DNA of 64,000 nucleotides from Firmicutes bacterium CAG:341. GTDB lineage: Bacteria > Bacillota > Clostridia > Oscillospirales > Acutalibacteraceae. This document shows, piece after piece, positions 27,368-40,533 of this stretch. Under the pieces are notes generated by a model that saw nothing but the letters and a program-made list of their open reading frames with translations, was not told where the DNA came from and did not search any database. The position numbers were made by a program, and so were the translations under genes. The stretch lies in NCBI GenBank assembly GCA_000434995.1, contig FR895304.1:29582-93581 (forward strand), read 5' to 3'. The stretch's first letter is position 1. Every line of letters starts with the position of its first letter.

Positions 27368-28868
27368 ATTCGGACATTAAAGCTCCCAAAACATAAATCA
27401 TATCATCAACAGTCATACCGCGAGTTGAAATTTCCTGTGCCGCAATATCGCCGCATCTTCCGTGAATGTAAACCGCTGCTTTGCAGGCTTCAATAGGTGC
27501 AATACCCTGTGCTGCAAATGAGCCGATTATACCTGCAAGCATATCACCCGTACCGCCCATTGCCATACCGGGATTACCCGTTGTATTAAAATAGACATCC
27601 ACACCGTTTGTAACGATAGTATTTGCACCTTTCAGCACTATAATCACATCATTTTCCTTTGCAAATGCTTTTGCAACTTCAAGCCTATGTGAGCAAACAT
27701 AATCAACGCTTTCACCGATAAGCCTTGCCATTTCGCCAGGGTGCGGAGTAATAATTAACGGAGCTTTTTTATCCTTTACTATATCTATGAAAGGAGCAAC
27801 GGCATTTATACCATCGGCGTCAAGTATAACAGGCACTTCACTTGTTTTAATAATTTGGTCAACCACAACTTGAATATCATCATTATTACCAAGTCCGCAG
27901 CCTACAACCACGCTGTCTGCCCATTTTAAATCTTCAAAAACATCACCGAGCGCTCCTATTGAAATTGTTTTAGCTTCGTTTTCACAAAGAGGTTTAAATA
28001 AAGGCTGGGTTAAATGTGAAGTCATAACGGGATATATTGATTTCGGAAAAGCGCATTTTAAAAGGCCTACACCTGTTTTAAGTGCAGCTTTTGCACATAT
28101 AACAGATGCACCCGGCATTAAATATGAGCCGCAAATATTAAGCTGATGGCCGAACGAACCTTTATTTGAATTAAATTCACGCTTGGTAAAATTCTTTTTT
28201 ATATCCTTTTTAGTAATAGTTTGCGGATAACCAGATTCATAATGTTTTTCATCAATACCGATATTAACTGTATAAATCTTGCCGCAATATGCATTTGAAG
28301 GTGGCAACACATGAGCAAATTTTAATGTAGAAATTGCAATAGTATAATCCGCCTTAACCGCATTTATCACCGAACCGTCGGTTGAATTTGTACCGCTTGG
28401 GGTATCAATGCTGACAACCTTTGCGTTACTGCTGTTAATAAAATCAAAAACATCTTTAAACGGTGCTTTTGCTTCACCGTGAAAGCCTATTCCGAAAATG
28501 CAATCAACTATAATATCATAATTTTCAACATCAAGTTTTGTAAAGTTTATCACCTTTACACCATTGTTGATTGCTTTTTGATAATACATTTTCGGTTCAT
28601 CAACAGTAGGCTCTTTATCACACAAAATTATATCTGTAAAAACATTTATTTTTTTAAGCAAATCGGCTATCACAAAGCCATCACCGGCATTTTTACCGTT
28701 GCCGCAAAATACTCCAACCCTACTGTTTGCAAGACTTTCGCCAAATATTTTGCATATTTTTTCAAAGCAAGTTGTTCCTGCTTTCAGCATAAGCTCAGCT
28801 TCGGTTGAATCTGACTCAAAAGTTCTTGTTTCAACTGCTTTAATCTGTTTTGCTGTTAATATCCTCAT
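27360..28868 (-). CDS. nnr: Bifunctional NAD(P)H-hydrate repair enzyme Nnr (epimerase/dehydratase).
   Basis: 502 aa. YjeF-N and carbohydrate-kinase domains. Directly downstream of acpS. Confidence 0.85.
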   Translation of the reverse strand: MRILTAKQIKAVETRTFESDSTEAELMLKAGTTCFEKICKIFGESLANSRVGVFCGNGKNAGDGFVIADLLKKINVFTDIILCDKEPTVDEPKMYYQKAINNGVKVINFTKLDVENYDIIVDCIFGIGFHGEAKAPFKDVFDFINSSNAKVVSIDTPSGTNSTDGSVINAVKADYTIAISTLKFAHVLPPSNAYCGKIYTVNIGIDEKHYESGYPQTITKKDIKKNFTKREFNSNKGSFGHQLNICGSYLMPGASVICAKAALKTGVGLLKCAFPKSIYPVMTSHLTQPLFKPLCENEAKTISIGALGDVFEDLKWADSVVVGCGLGNNDDIQVVVDQIIKTSEVPVILDADGINAVAPFIDIVKDKKAPLIITPHPGEMARLIGESVDYVCSHRLEVAKAFAKENDVIIVLKGANTIVTNGVDVYFNTTGNPGMAMGGTGDMLAGIIGSFAAQGIAPIEACKAAVYIHGRCGDIAAQEISTRGMTVDDMIYVLGALMSEFE

Positions 28869-28905
28869 AATAACACCGCCTGTATTAGTGTAAAGTGTTT
28901 TTGCT

Positions 28906-29217
28906 TTACCACAATATTACTGTTGCAACTGCATATTCACCGTCGTGTGAAATTGATATATCACTGCTATCTATACCGCAGAGGTGCGGTTTACCGTTTT
29001 CATCGTGCCCAATTTCCACATCTGTCAGCGGAAACTTAAGCCCCGTTCCAAGTGCCTTAAAATAAGCTTCTTTACCTGCAAATATTCCGGCAAAGTTTTC
29101 AGCTTTTTTGCAATAAGCTCTTTCGTTTTCGGTAAAAACCTTATTTAAAAATGATTGACTTTTAATACTTTTTTCAATCCTTGATATTTTAACAATATCG
29201 ATTCCTATTTTATACAT
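28906..29217 (-). CDS. acpS: Holo-[acyl-carrier-protein] synthase.
   Basis: MYKIGIDIVKISRIEK... and ISISHDGEYA motifs. Confidence 0.8.
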   Translation of the reverse strand: MYKIGIDIVKISRIEKSIKSQSFLNKVFTENERAYCKKAENFAGIFAGKEAYFKALGTGLKFPLTDVEIGHDENGKPHLCGIDSSDISISHDGEYAVATVILW

Positions 29218-32205
29218 TTATTCACCTATCGGTTTAACCACAAAACTTAACTTCTTGCCTGAAAGTGAACCCACCCTATCCTTTTTATCGGGAAGCGGAC
29301 CGCAAGCATTTGAGCCTGCACCTAAAACAGATGAGTCGATATTCACGCAGGTAGTCGGCAAATCAACTAAATCATCCCTATGCATTGCTTTTGCCCACTG
29401 ATTTGAAGTGTAATGACTTGCAGAAAAAATAAAAGGTTTATTTACAGCTTCAAATCTTAATCCAAAGCCTGAAGCATTTGTAATCTCTGCAAAGCGAACA
29501 TCACATCTTGTCGCACTTTCCTGTGGTTTAATATAATCTTCTTTAAGTTTATCAACTGTTGTTTGATAAACTTTATTTATTGTATGTTCCTTATAATCCG
29601 GCAAATTAACATCTTCACCCAAACCGAAATATTTAATATTTTCATATTCCTTCGGCATTTCAAGCATAACACCAAAGCGAGGCAACAGCTTGACAGCACC
29701 GCCACCCAAGCAATTTACATCAACCGAAATATTACCGTTTGGATAAATTGTATATTTAATTTGAGTATTTGCAACTGGAAGAATACAATTTGCAAGGGAT
29801 TTAATATTAGTTGTAACCACAATATTATCACCATTATCTGTAAAGTTACTGCCTTTACAGATATTTGATGTATTTTGAAGTCCCATTGTATGCCAGTATT
29901 TGCAAATATTTCTGTCATTATCAAGCGGAGCGCGATAAAATGCAGGTGCAAAGCCTTTAAAATCACCGAGAGGAAATGAATTTATCATTTCGTGATTTTT
30001 ATAAATATATGAAGTAATAAATCCGGTAGATTTATCAAATATCATTGAACCATTATCAAAAGTGATATAAAGTTTATTTTCGCTAGGTTTTACGGCGGTT
30101 TTACCGTCAGAATTTATATCTGCACTCAGCTTACCCTCACTTAAAATAATTTGCTCACTTGCAATTAAGAAATCACCTGCTAAATATTCAAACACAACCG
30201 AATTATGATTATCCTTTTCAAGCTCAAGCGAGTCAATTTCATACTCCTGACTTGACTGAGGTGCAATATTTACATCAAATGTGCTTGAATATGTTTCAAC
30301 TCCGTTTGTAAAGTAGGTATACTTTACACTCAACGCTGCATTTTCAAAATAATTATGGTTGAAAAATTGATATCTGTTATCTGCAATTTTGCGGCATCTG
30401 ACAGGGCGATAGCAATTTTTCATTTGCTTTGCGCCTGAATGCGGTGTCCTGTCCGGAAAGAAAAGGCCGTCCATACAGAAATTGCCATCGTGCTTTTCTT
30501 CACCATGGTCACCGCCGTAAGTGTATTTAACTTTTTCATTTTCGTGGTAAACAGCATGGTCTGCAAATTCCCATATGCAACCGCCAAGCATATTATCTGA
30601 AGAATAAAAGCATTTTACATATCTTTCAAGTTCGCCTGCACCAACTCCCATTGCATGCGCATATTCACAAAGGAAAAATGGCTTTTTACGATACTTCGGC
30701 AATTTGCCCTTTGCAATTTTTTCACACATAATCGGCCATGCGTACATATGCGAAATAACATCATATGCAAAGCGTGGAGTTCTGCACACACCCTCATAAT
30801 GAATAGGAAGCGTTGATAACTTTTTAAGTTCATCATAGCAATAATCTTGGTTAAGATAGCCGTGTGATTCATTTCCGAGCGACCACATTGTGATTGACGG
30901 ATGATTCTTATCACGGGCATACATTCTGTAAACCCTATCCCAATAATGTTGCTGCCAATCTTTATTATGTGAGCAAGCACCCGGCCTATGAAGTTCGGTT
31001 TCACAGCCGTGAGTTTCAATATCAGCTTCATCAATTACATATATTCCGTATTCATCACATAAATCAAGAAAAGTAGGGTCAGGCGGATAATGAGATGTAC
31101 GAATACAGTTAGCATTATATTGCTTTACAAGGCTGACATCGAGTTCCATATCTTCAACTGACATCACATATCCCGTTTTAGCGTTGGTATCGTGGTGATT
31201 TACACCCAAAAGTTTAATAGGCTCATTATTAAACAAAAACTTATTGCCGATTATTTCAACATTTTTAAAGCCAATGTTTTTTCTTACAACTTCAATAACA
31301 TCTTTGCCCTTTGAAAGAATAATTACCAAATCATATAGATAAGGGCATTCGGCTGACCACTTGTGAACATCAAGATTATCAAAACTGATTTTTTCAATAT
31401 TTGACGGTGATACATTAACAGATTTTGATGATACAATCTCACCGTCATCATAAAGCGAAACAGACAACACACAATCGTCGCTAATTTTTAATGATGGCAA
31501 AAAATCAAGAGAAAATGAACTTTTGAAACTGATTTTAGCTTCAAAATCATAAATAGAGTTGTTCCCCGTTTTATAAAGCAAAACATCACGGAAAATACCG
31601 TTAGAGCGAAACATATCCTGCGCTTCAAGATATGTACTGTTAGTCCATTTATGGTTTTGAACTACAATTTCATTTTTACCCTTAACAAGAAAATCATTAA
31701 GTTCAAATTCAGCGGTATTGTGGCTGCCCTCACTGTAACCTACATATTTACCGTTACAAAAAAGTTCAAGTGAACCTGCAACACCTAAAAATGCCAAAGT
31801 ATAGTTTAAATCAAGATTATCAATATCAATAAATCTGCGATAAATGCCCACCGGGCAATCTTCAGGTATATGCGGCGGATTAGGCTTAAATTGGTATCTG
31901 GTATTTACATAATAAGGCTTTTCATAACCCGTATATTGCCACATTGAAGGAACATTTACTTTATCAAATTTAATTTTTTCTGTATCAAAAAAATTATCCA
32001 CCATTTTGCAATTTGAATAATATACAAAATCCCATTCACCCGAAAGACATTCAACACGGGAGGATGAATATCTTTCATTTCTAATATCTGTTTTTGCAAG
32101 TTCATCAAGATTTGCAAAAGGAATAAAGTAAGAACGCGGAATCATAATATTTTCCCTGAACTTACTAAAATCACAAAAATTACCTGTTTTTAAATTGTAC
32201 TGCAT
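29218..32205 (-). CDS. Glycoside hydrolase family 2 beta-galactosidase.
   Basis: 995 aa. WSLGNESHG motif, and the catalytic Glu regions are conserved. Confidence 0.85.
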   Translation of the reverse strand: MQYNLKTGNFCDFSKFRENIMIPRSYFIPFANLDELAKTDIRNERYSSSRVECLSGEWDFVYYSNCKMVDNFFDTEKIKFDKVNVPSMWQYTGYEKPYYVNTRYQFKPNPPHIPEDCPVGIYRRFIDIDNLDLNYTLAFLGVAGSLELFCNGKYVGYSEGSHNTAEFELNDFLVKGKNEIVVQNHKWTNSTYLEAQDMFRSNGIFRDVLLYKTGNNSIYDFEAKISFKSSFSLDFLPSLKISDDCVLSVSLYDDGEIVSSKSVNVSPSNIEKISFDNLDVHKWSAECPYLYDLVIILSKGKDVIEVVRKNIGFKNVEIIGNKFLFNNEPIKLLGVNHHDTNAKTGYVMSVEDMELDVSLVKQYNANCIRTSHYPPDPTFLDLCDEYGIYVIDEADIETHGCETELHRPGACSHNKDWQQHYWDRVYRMYARDKNHPSITMWSLGNESHGYLNQDYCYDELKKLSTLPIHYEGVCRTPRFAYDVISHMYAWPIMCEKIAKGKLPKYRKKPFFLCEYAHAMGVGAGELERYVKCFYSSDNMLGGCIWEFADHAVYHENEKVKYTYGGDHGEEKHDGNFCMDGLFFPDRTPHSGAKQMKNCYRPVRCRKIADNRYQFFNHNYFENAALSVKYTYFTNGVETYSSTFDVNIAPQSSQEYEIDSLELEKDNHNSVVFEYLAGDFLIASEQIILSEGKLSADINSDGKTAVKPSENKLYITFDNGSMIFDKSTGFITSYIYKNHEMINSFPLGDFKGFAPAFYRAPLDNDRNICKYWHTMGLQNTSNICKGSNFTDNGDNIVVTTNIKSLANCILPVANTQIKYTIYPNGNISVDVNCLGGGAVKLLPRFGVMLEMPKEYENIKYFGLGEDVNLPDYKEHTINKVYQTTVDKLKEDYIKPQESATRCDVRFAEITNASGFGLRFEAVNKPFIFSASHYTSNQWAKAMHRDDLVDLPTTCVNIDSSVLGAGSNACGPLPDKKDRVGSLSGKKLSFVVKPIGE

Positions 32206-32284
32206 AATTTTCCCCTTAAATGTAATTATATCTATTATACAATAAAGAAATATAATTTACAAGAATAGGATTTTTACACAAAAG

Positions 32285-32319
32285 AACGACTGAAACCAAA
32301 TTACTTGATTTCAGTCGTT
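32285..32319 (-). terminator. Terminator of the ATP synthase operon.
   Basis: 11-bp stem aacgactgaaa/tttcagtcgtt followed by a U-tract on the minus strand (also T-rich on the plus strand). Confidence 0.6.
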
Positions 32320-32324
32320 TTTTA

Positions 32325-32738
32325 TTACATAGTATATCTGCTTTTAACTTTAAGTCTCTCCATAGCACGAGAAAGGTTAGCTTTAGAGTGATAATATTCA
32401 AGAAGAGAATGCTTTTGGCGAAGTTCTTCTTCAGCTCTCATTTGAGCTTCTTTTGCACGGCGCTCATTGATTTCTTCAGGAAGTTCTGCCGAAATACAAA
32501 CAAGTGTTGCAACATTATCAAGAAACTCAAGAAAACCGCTGCCTACAAATGCGTTGATTTTTTTACCGTTTGCATCAACAATCTTCATTTCGCCGAATTC
32601 AATAGGCACAACACAATTTTCATGCTTTGCAAGATAAGCTTCGCAGCCTCCGTTAAGCCTTGGAATAGAAAGGCTTTGAGCCTCACCGTCAAAAAAGACT
32701 TTATTAGACGCAATTATTTTAAGTTGAAAAGTATTCAT
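32325..32738 (-). CDS. atpC: F0F1 ATP synthase subunit epsilon.
   Basis: 137 aa, epsilon family. Confidence 0.9.
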   Translation of the reverse strand: MNTFQLKIIASNKVFFDGEAQSLSIPRLNGGCEAYLAKHENCVVPIEFGEMKIVDANGKKINAFVGSGFLEFLDNVATLVCISAELPEEINERRAKEAQMRAEEELRQKHSLLEYYHSKANLSRAMERLKVKSRYTM

Positions 32739-32747
32739 ATAATCACC

Positions 32748-35037
<2,290 letters not shown>

Positions 35038-35039
35038 TA

Positions 35040-37061
35040 TTAACCCTCTTGATAACTCTTTTTAAATTCGTCTATTGCCTCTAAAATCTGCTCTCTTGTA
35101 TCATCATCAAGCACTTTTGTTTGCTCAATTGTATTAACAAGGGAACTGTGATTTTCATTCATATATTCAAGCATTTCATTTTGGAATTTCTTTATTTGCT
35201 CAGTAGGAACATCCATAAACTTCTTTCCTGTTGCACCGACAAGAGTAAATACCATATCGGCAAGTGAAAGCGGATGACCGAGCGGTTGCTTAAGAAGTTC
35301 CATAAGTCCCTTACCATAAGTAAGGCCTGCCTTTGTTTCTTCATCAAGGTCAGATGAAAACTGGGTAAACACTTCCATTTCACGAAACTGTGCCAAATCA
35401 ATACGAAGTGAACCTGCTGCTTTTTTCATAGCTTTTGTTTGCGCTGCACCACCAACACGGGATACAGAAAGGCCGACATTTACAGCCGGGCGCATACCGC
35501 TGAAGAACAAGTCACTTTCAAGGAAGATTTGACCGTCTGTAATAGAAATTACATTAGTAGGAATGTATGCAGATACATCGCCTGCCTGAGTTTCGATAAT
35601 AGGAAGAGCAGTAATTGAACCACCGCCGAGTTCATCTGTAAGACGGCTTGAACGCTCAAGAAGTCTTGAGTGAAGATAGAATACATCACCCGGATAAGCT
35701 TCACGGCCCGGGCTTCTTTCAAGCAAAAGTGAAAGCGCACGGTAAGCTACTGCGTGCTTGCTTAAATCATCATATACAATAAGGCAATCTTTACCCTGAT
35801 GCATAAAGTATTCGGCAATTGCTGTTGCAGAATACGGTGATATATACTGAAGAGATGCAGGTTCACTTGCTGTTGAGCAAACAACAATTGTGTAATCCAT
35901 AGCACCTGCTTTTTCAAGTGTATTTACAAGCTTTGCAACACTTGAAGCTTTTTGGCCGATTGCATTATAGATACAAATAACATCTTTACCCTTTTGGTTA
36001 AGAATAGTATCAAGTGCAATTGAAGTTTTACCTGTTTGCCTATCCCCAATGATAAGTTCACGCTGGCCCCTACCGATTGGAAACATTGAGTCGATTGAGA
36101 GAATACCGGTTGCAAGCGGAGTATCTACACTCTGGCGGTCAACAATAGAAGGAGCAGGCTGCTCAACCGGGCGGTAACCATCAGCCTTAATTTCACCTTT
36201 ACCGTCAATAGGCTCACCAAGTGAATTTACAATTCTGCCGATAAATCCTTCACCTACCGGCACACCGGCTTTCTTATGTGTTCTTTTAACTTTAGTTCCC
36301 TGTTCAACACCCGAATCGCTGTCAAAAAGAATAACACCGATTTGATGCCTTTTAATATCCTGAACCATACCTTTTACGCCATTTTCAAAAACGACTATTT
36401 CGCCGTACATAGCGTGGTCAAGGCCATGGATTGTAGCAATTCCGTCACCAACACGAACTACTGTACCGATTTCTTCACTGTTAGTTCGAAGTTCAAAATC
36501 ACTAATATCTTTTTTAAGAACAGCAAGTACATTTTCGCTTGTTACAGCACTGTTTCTTGCTGAATCCATAACTTTTTGCTTAATGCTGTCAAGCTTTGTT
36601 TTAATAGAAAAATCGTACTGCTTATCGCCGATAGTAACTATAAAACCACCGATAATTGAATCGTCTTTAACAATCTTGATTTGAGCATCATCAGCATTTT
36701 CCTGCTTTAAAACAAATTCTTTAATACCTTTTAACTGCTCGTCATTAGGTTCTGTTACGCAGGTAATAGTTGCATTTGCAACATTGTTTTGCTTATTGAG
36801 AGCTGAAATATAAGCCTCAATTATTTCGCCTAAACTGTCAATCTTACCGTTTGCTGCAAGGTCTGCAATAAAATCTTTAACTGACGGAGCAAAAAGCTCT
36901 TTTGTTACATTCTTCTTTTCTTCAAGTGTAACATTAGGGTCGTTAAAAATATCCTTGAGTTCCTTGTTAGATTTAACAGTGTTTAAAGCTTCTTCCAAGC
37001 TTGACACACTTGCGTGAGCAGAAAACAGTGCGTCAAGATATTTTTCAATATTTTGAATCAT
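35040..37061 (-). CDS. atpA: In-frame fusion of ATP synthase delta (OSCP, residues 1-164) and alpha (residues 165-673) with no intervening stop codon.
   Basis: The N-terminal 164 aa match delta (…IIGGFIVTIGDKQYDFSIKTKLDSIKQKV). This is directly followed by MDSARNSAVTSENVLAVL…GTVVRVGDGIATIHGL…GDRQTGKTS (alpha). The junction reads aaa gtt atg gat with no stop. Confidence 0.85.
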   Translation of the reverse strand: MIQNIEKYLDALFSAHASVSSLEEALNTVKSNKELKDIFNDPNVTLEEKKNVTKELFAPSVKDFIADLAANGKIDSLGEIIEAYISALNKQNNVANATITCVTEPNDEQLKGIKEFVLKQENADDAQIKIVKDDSIIGGFIVTIGDKQYDFSIKTKLDSIKQKVMDSARNSAVTSENVLAVLKKDISDFELRTNSEEIGTVVRVGDGIATIHGLDHAMYGEIVVFENGVKGMVQDIKRHQIGVILFDSDSGVEQGTKVKRTHKKAGVPVGEGFIGRIVNSLGEPIDGKGEIKADGYRPVEQPAPSIVDRQSVDTPLATGILSIDSMFPIGRGQRELIIGDRQTGKTSIALDTILNQKGKDVICIYNAIGQKASSVAKLVNTLEKAGAMDYTIVVCSTASEPASLQYISPYSATAIAEYFMHQGKDCLIVYDDLSKHAVAYRALSLLLERSPGREAYPGDVFYLHSRLLERSSRLTDELGGGSITALPIIETQAGDVSAYIPTNVISITDGQIFLESDLFFSGMRPAVNVGLSVSRVGGAAQTKAMKKAAGSLRIDLAQFREMEVFTQFSSDLDEETKAGLTYGKGLMELLKQPLGHPLSLADMVFTLVGATGKKFMDVPTEQIKKFQNEMLEYMNENHSSLVNTIEQTKVLDDDTREQILEAIDEFKKSYQEG

Positions 37062-37543
37062 TATTTATCACTGCTTTCATTTAAAAATTCATCATAGAGC
37101 ATTTTATCAGTTTCAGCTGAAACTTCCTTTTCAACAACTTTTGTAGCTGTTTGCATTGCAAGCTCTGCGATTTGCTGCTTAACTGCAAGGCGTGCCTTTT
37201 CGCTTTCAAGTTCTGATGCTTTTTTGGCATCTGTCTTGATTTTTGTTGCATCTGTATTTGCACGGGCAACAATTTTGTCATATTCAGCCTTGGCATTATT
37301 TCTTGCTTCAGCCAAAATTTGCTTCTTTTCATCTTCAACGCCGGAGAGCTGTGACTGATATTCAGCCTGAAGCTCATCGGCTTTCTTTTCTTTATCTTCA
37401 GCTGCCTTGAACTGACCTTCAATCAATTCTTTACGCTTATCAAGTGTTTTCTTAATAGGTTTAAATAAAAACAGTTTCATAAGCACAAAAAAGATAATAA
37501 GGTTAATCAAGGTCCAAAGAATATTTATGTCAAATTTTAACAT
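37061..37543 (-). CDS. atpF: F0F1 ATP synthase subunit b.
   Basis: 160 aa. N-terminal transmembrane helix then a charged coiled coil. Confidence 0.85.
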   Translation of the reverse strand: MLKFDINILWTLINLIIFFVLMKLFLFKPIKKTLDKRKELIEGQFKAAEDKEKKADELQAEYQSQLSGVEDEKKQILAEARNNAKAEYDKIVARANTDATKIKTDAKKASELESEKARLAVKQQIAELAMQTATKVVEKEVSAETDKMLYDEFLNESSDK

Positions 37544-37590
37544 TATAATTATGGTCCTTTCTCATCAAACTGTTTTTGATTAAAACTGTT

Positions 37591-37845
<255 letters not shown>

Positions 37846-37851
37846 TTATAT

Positions 37852-38655
37852 TTAAGCGGCTTTAGCCTGCTTTTTATTCTTTTTACTTGCTTTTTTTATT
37901 TTTTTCTTCTGTTTGTCGGTTGTTTCCTCTGACTCCTCAACTGCCTCCTGTAAATAAAGACCTGTTAAGAATACGAAAATGTATGCTTGAAGTAAACCGT
38001 CGAATATATCAAAATAAAGACTGAATACCGTCGGCAAGAATATCGGAACACATGCTTTGATAAGCTCCATAATAATGAATGAACCGATTACATTACCGAA
38101 AAGACGCATACAAAGTGAAAGAGGTTTGGTAATAACTTCCATAATATTGATAGGAGTAATTATCCAAATCGGTTTTGTGAATTCCTTCAAACGCCCGATA
38201 AAGCCCTTGCTCTTAAATGCCATATATTCTACAAGCACTATACTTATAATAGCAAGGCAAGCAGTTACCTGCATACTCTTTGTCGGCGGCTTAAGTCCAA
38301 ACAAACCAATAATGTTTGAAACGCCAATGAAAAGAGCCACACTCATAAGCCAAGGAATAAACTTTTCAACCTTTTCTCCCATAATGCCTTTGAAAAAGTC
38401 TTGCGCTTTTTCATAAGCAAGCTCGAGCAATGCCTGACGCTTTGAAATTTCTCCCGTTACTTTGAGATTTCGAGTTAAGATAATCGCAAGAACTGTCATT
38501 ACCGCAATAATTATCCAACTTACCACTGTTGCCTCATCGAAGCCAAGCTTAAAATTACCAATCTTAAAACTAAAAACTTCTTTCAGTTCGAGCTGGTCGG
38601 TAAGTTCTTTTTGAAGATCTAACTTCATTAGTATAGTATCAAACGTTGCAGTCAC
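37852..38655 (-). CDS. atpB: F0F1 ATP synthase subunit a, carrying an unusual Lys-rich C-terminal tail.
   Basis: 267 aa polytopic protein with an R-containing penultimate helix. Ends with a ~28-aa KKKIKKASKKNKKQAKAA tail. Confidence 0.85.
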   Translation of the reverse strand: MTATFDTILMKLDLQKELTDQLELKEVFSFKIGNFKLGFDEATVVSWIIIAVMTVLAIILTRNLKVTGEISKRQALLELAYEKAQDFFKGIMGEKVEKFIPWLMSVALFIGVSNIIGLFGLKPPTKSMQVTACLAIISIVLVEYMAFKSKGFIGRLKEFTKPIWIITPINIMEVITKPLSLCMRLFGNVIGSFIIMELIKACVPIFLPTVFSLYFDIFDGLLQAYIFVFLTGLYLQEAVEESEETTDKQKKKIKKASKKNKKQAKAA

Positions 38656-39051
38656 CCCCTTGTTTGTACTGTCGTGATTATACTACAATGTTTTTTCTTT
38701 TTCAAGCCTTTTTTATCAAAATTATACTTTTTGTAACCCTATCATTTACTATTTGTAGTGTTATACAAATTTCACAAAAATCACAAACCTAATTTGTGCA
38801 AAAAGACAATCAAGATTCAATCATTGTTATGTATATCAAGGTAAATATTACCTCTGCCCTTAATATATCAAGCAAATATGAACAAATCAAGAACAACGCA
38901 AAGAAATGGCAATTTGACATAAAAAACATTTTCTTGTTAAAAATTTTTGTTGAAAAATGGTGTTTACATATTATTTAATATATTATATAATATTATCTCA
39001 AAGTAATTTAGTAATATAATAAACATATTATATATCGAAGGAGTTAGAATT

Positions 39052-40494
39052 ATGGCAAATGACCAGAAAAAGATGGTTGATTCCATCACATCTATGGATG
39101 AAGATTTTGCTAAATGGTATACAGATGTGTGCAAAAAAGCTGAGCTTGTATCTTACACAAGTGTTAAGGGCTGTATGGTAATCAGGCCTTACGGATATGC
39201 TATTTGGGAAAATATTCAAAGAATACTTGACGGTATGTTCAAGGAACTTGGACACGAAAATGTAAATATGCCAATGTTCATCCCTGAAAGCTTACTTCAA
39301 AAGGAAGCTGACCATGTTGAAGGTTTTGCGCCTGAATGTGCATGGGTAACTTACGGCGGTAACGAAAAGCTTGAAGAAAGACTTTGCGTAAGACCTACAT
39401 CCGAAACACTTTTTTGCGAGCATTTTAAAGATATTGTACATTCTTACAGGGATTTGCCTAAACTTTATAATCAATGGGTATCGGTAGTAAGATGGGAAAA
39501 GACAACAAGGCCTTTCCTTCGTTCAAGGGAATTTTTGTGGCAAGAGGGCCACACCCTTCACGAAACTGCCGAAGAAGCAATTGATGAAACTGAAAGAATG
39601 TTAAATGTATATACAAAATTCTGCCAGGAAGACCTTGCAATGCCGGTAGTTCAGGGCATGAAAACAGATAGCGACAAATTTGCTGGTGCCGAGCGTACAT
39701 ATTGCATTGAAGCACTTATGCACGACGGTAAAGCACTTCAGGCAGGTACAAGCCATTATTTCGGTGACGGATTTGCAAAGGCATTTGACATTCAGTTTTC
39801 AAACAAAGAAAACAAGCTTGCTTACCCACACCAAACTTCCTGGGGTGTAACAACAAGATTGATTGGTGCTATCATTATGACACACGGTGACGATAACGGA
39901 CTTGTTTTACCGCCTGCTGTTGCACCTATTCAAGTAATAGTTATACCTATTGCTCAGCATAAGGAAGGTGTGCTTGACAGAGCAAATGCCCTTTGCGAGC
40001 AGCTTAAAAAAGTATGCAGAGCTAAAATTGACGACAGTGAAAATTCACCAGGTTGGAAATTTGCTGAATATGAAATGAAGGGTGTTCCTGTAAGAGTTGA
40101 AATCGGCCCAAGGGATATTGAAAACAACCAATGCGTTGTTGTAACAAGGCATAACAGGGAAAAAACTGTAGTATCACTTGACGAAATTGAAACAGTAATT
40201 ACCCAAAAGCTTGATGAAGTACGCGACGGACTTTATCAAAAAGCACTTGATAACAGAGAAAACAGAACATACAAATGCAAAACCATGGACGAAATCACAA
40301 AAGCACTTGAAGAAAACGGTGACGGTTTTGTAAAAGCTATGTGGTGCGGCAGTGAAGAATGCGAAGATAAGGTTAAAGAAATCACCGGCGTAGGCTCGCG
40401 TTGTATTCCTTTTGACCAGGAAGAAATTTCCGATGTTTGCGTTTGCTGCGGCAAACCGGCTAAAAAAATGCTTTATTGGGGTAAAGCTTATTAA
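39052..40494 (+). CDS. proS: Proline--tRNA ligase, archaeal/eukaryotic type with a C-terminal zinc-binding domain.
   Basis: 480 aa. Class II aaRS motifs. C-terminal [18 protein letters not shown]. Confidence 0.9.
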   Translation: MANDQKKMVDSITSMDEDFAKWYTDVCKKAELVSYTSVKGCMVIRPYGYAIWENIQRILDGMFKELGHENVNMPMFIPESLLQKEADHVEGFAPECAWVTYGGNEKLEERLCVRPTSETLFCEHFKDIVHSYRDLPKLYNQWVSVVRWEKTTRPFLRSREFLWQEGHTLHETAEEAIDETERMLNVYTKFCQEDLAMPVVQGMKTDSDKFAGAERTYCIEALMHDGKALQAGTSHYFGDGFAKAFDIQFSNKENKLAYPHQTSWGVTTRLIGAIIMTHGDDNGLVLPPAVAPIQVIVIPIAQHKEGVLDRANALCEQLKKVCRAKIDDSENSPGWKFAEYEMKGVPVRVEIGPRDIENNQCVVVTRHNREKTVVSLDEIETVITQKLDEVRDGLYQKALDNRENRTYKCKTMDEITKALEENGDGFVKAMWCGSEECEDKVKEITGVGSRCIPFDQEEISDVCVCCGKPAKKMLYWGKAY

Positions 40495-40533
40495 ACAAAG
40501 AAATTATATAATTAAAACTACGGAGGTAGCATT

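Noticed and set aside
38796-38978. 60-aa ORF (plus strand) in the atpB/proS intergenic region.
   Set aside because: It lies in an AT-rich promoter region, with no ribosome-binding site and no conserved features. It is probably spurious.
38656-39051. Possible T-box leader upstream of proS.
   Set aside because: There is no conserved T-box sequence (AATTAGGGTGGNACCGCG) or specifier/antiterminator arrangement. The region is simply AT-rich.
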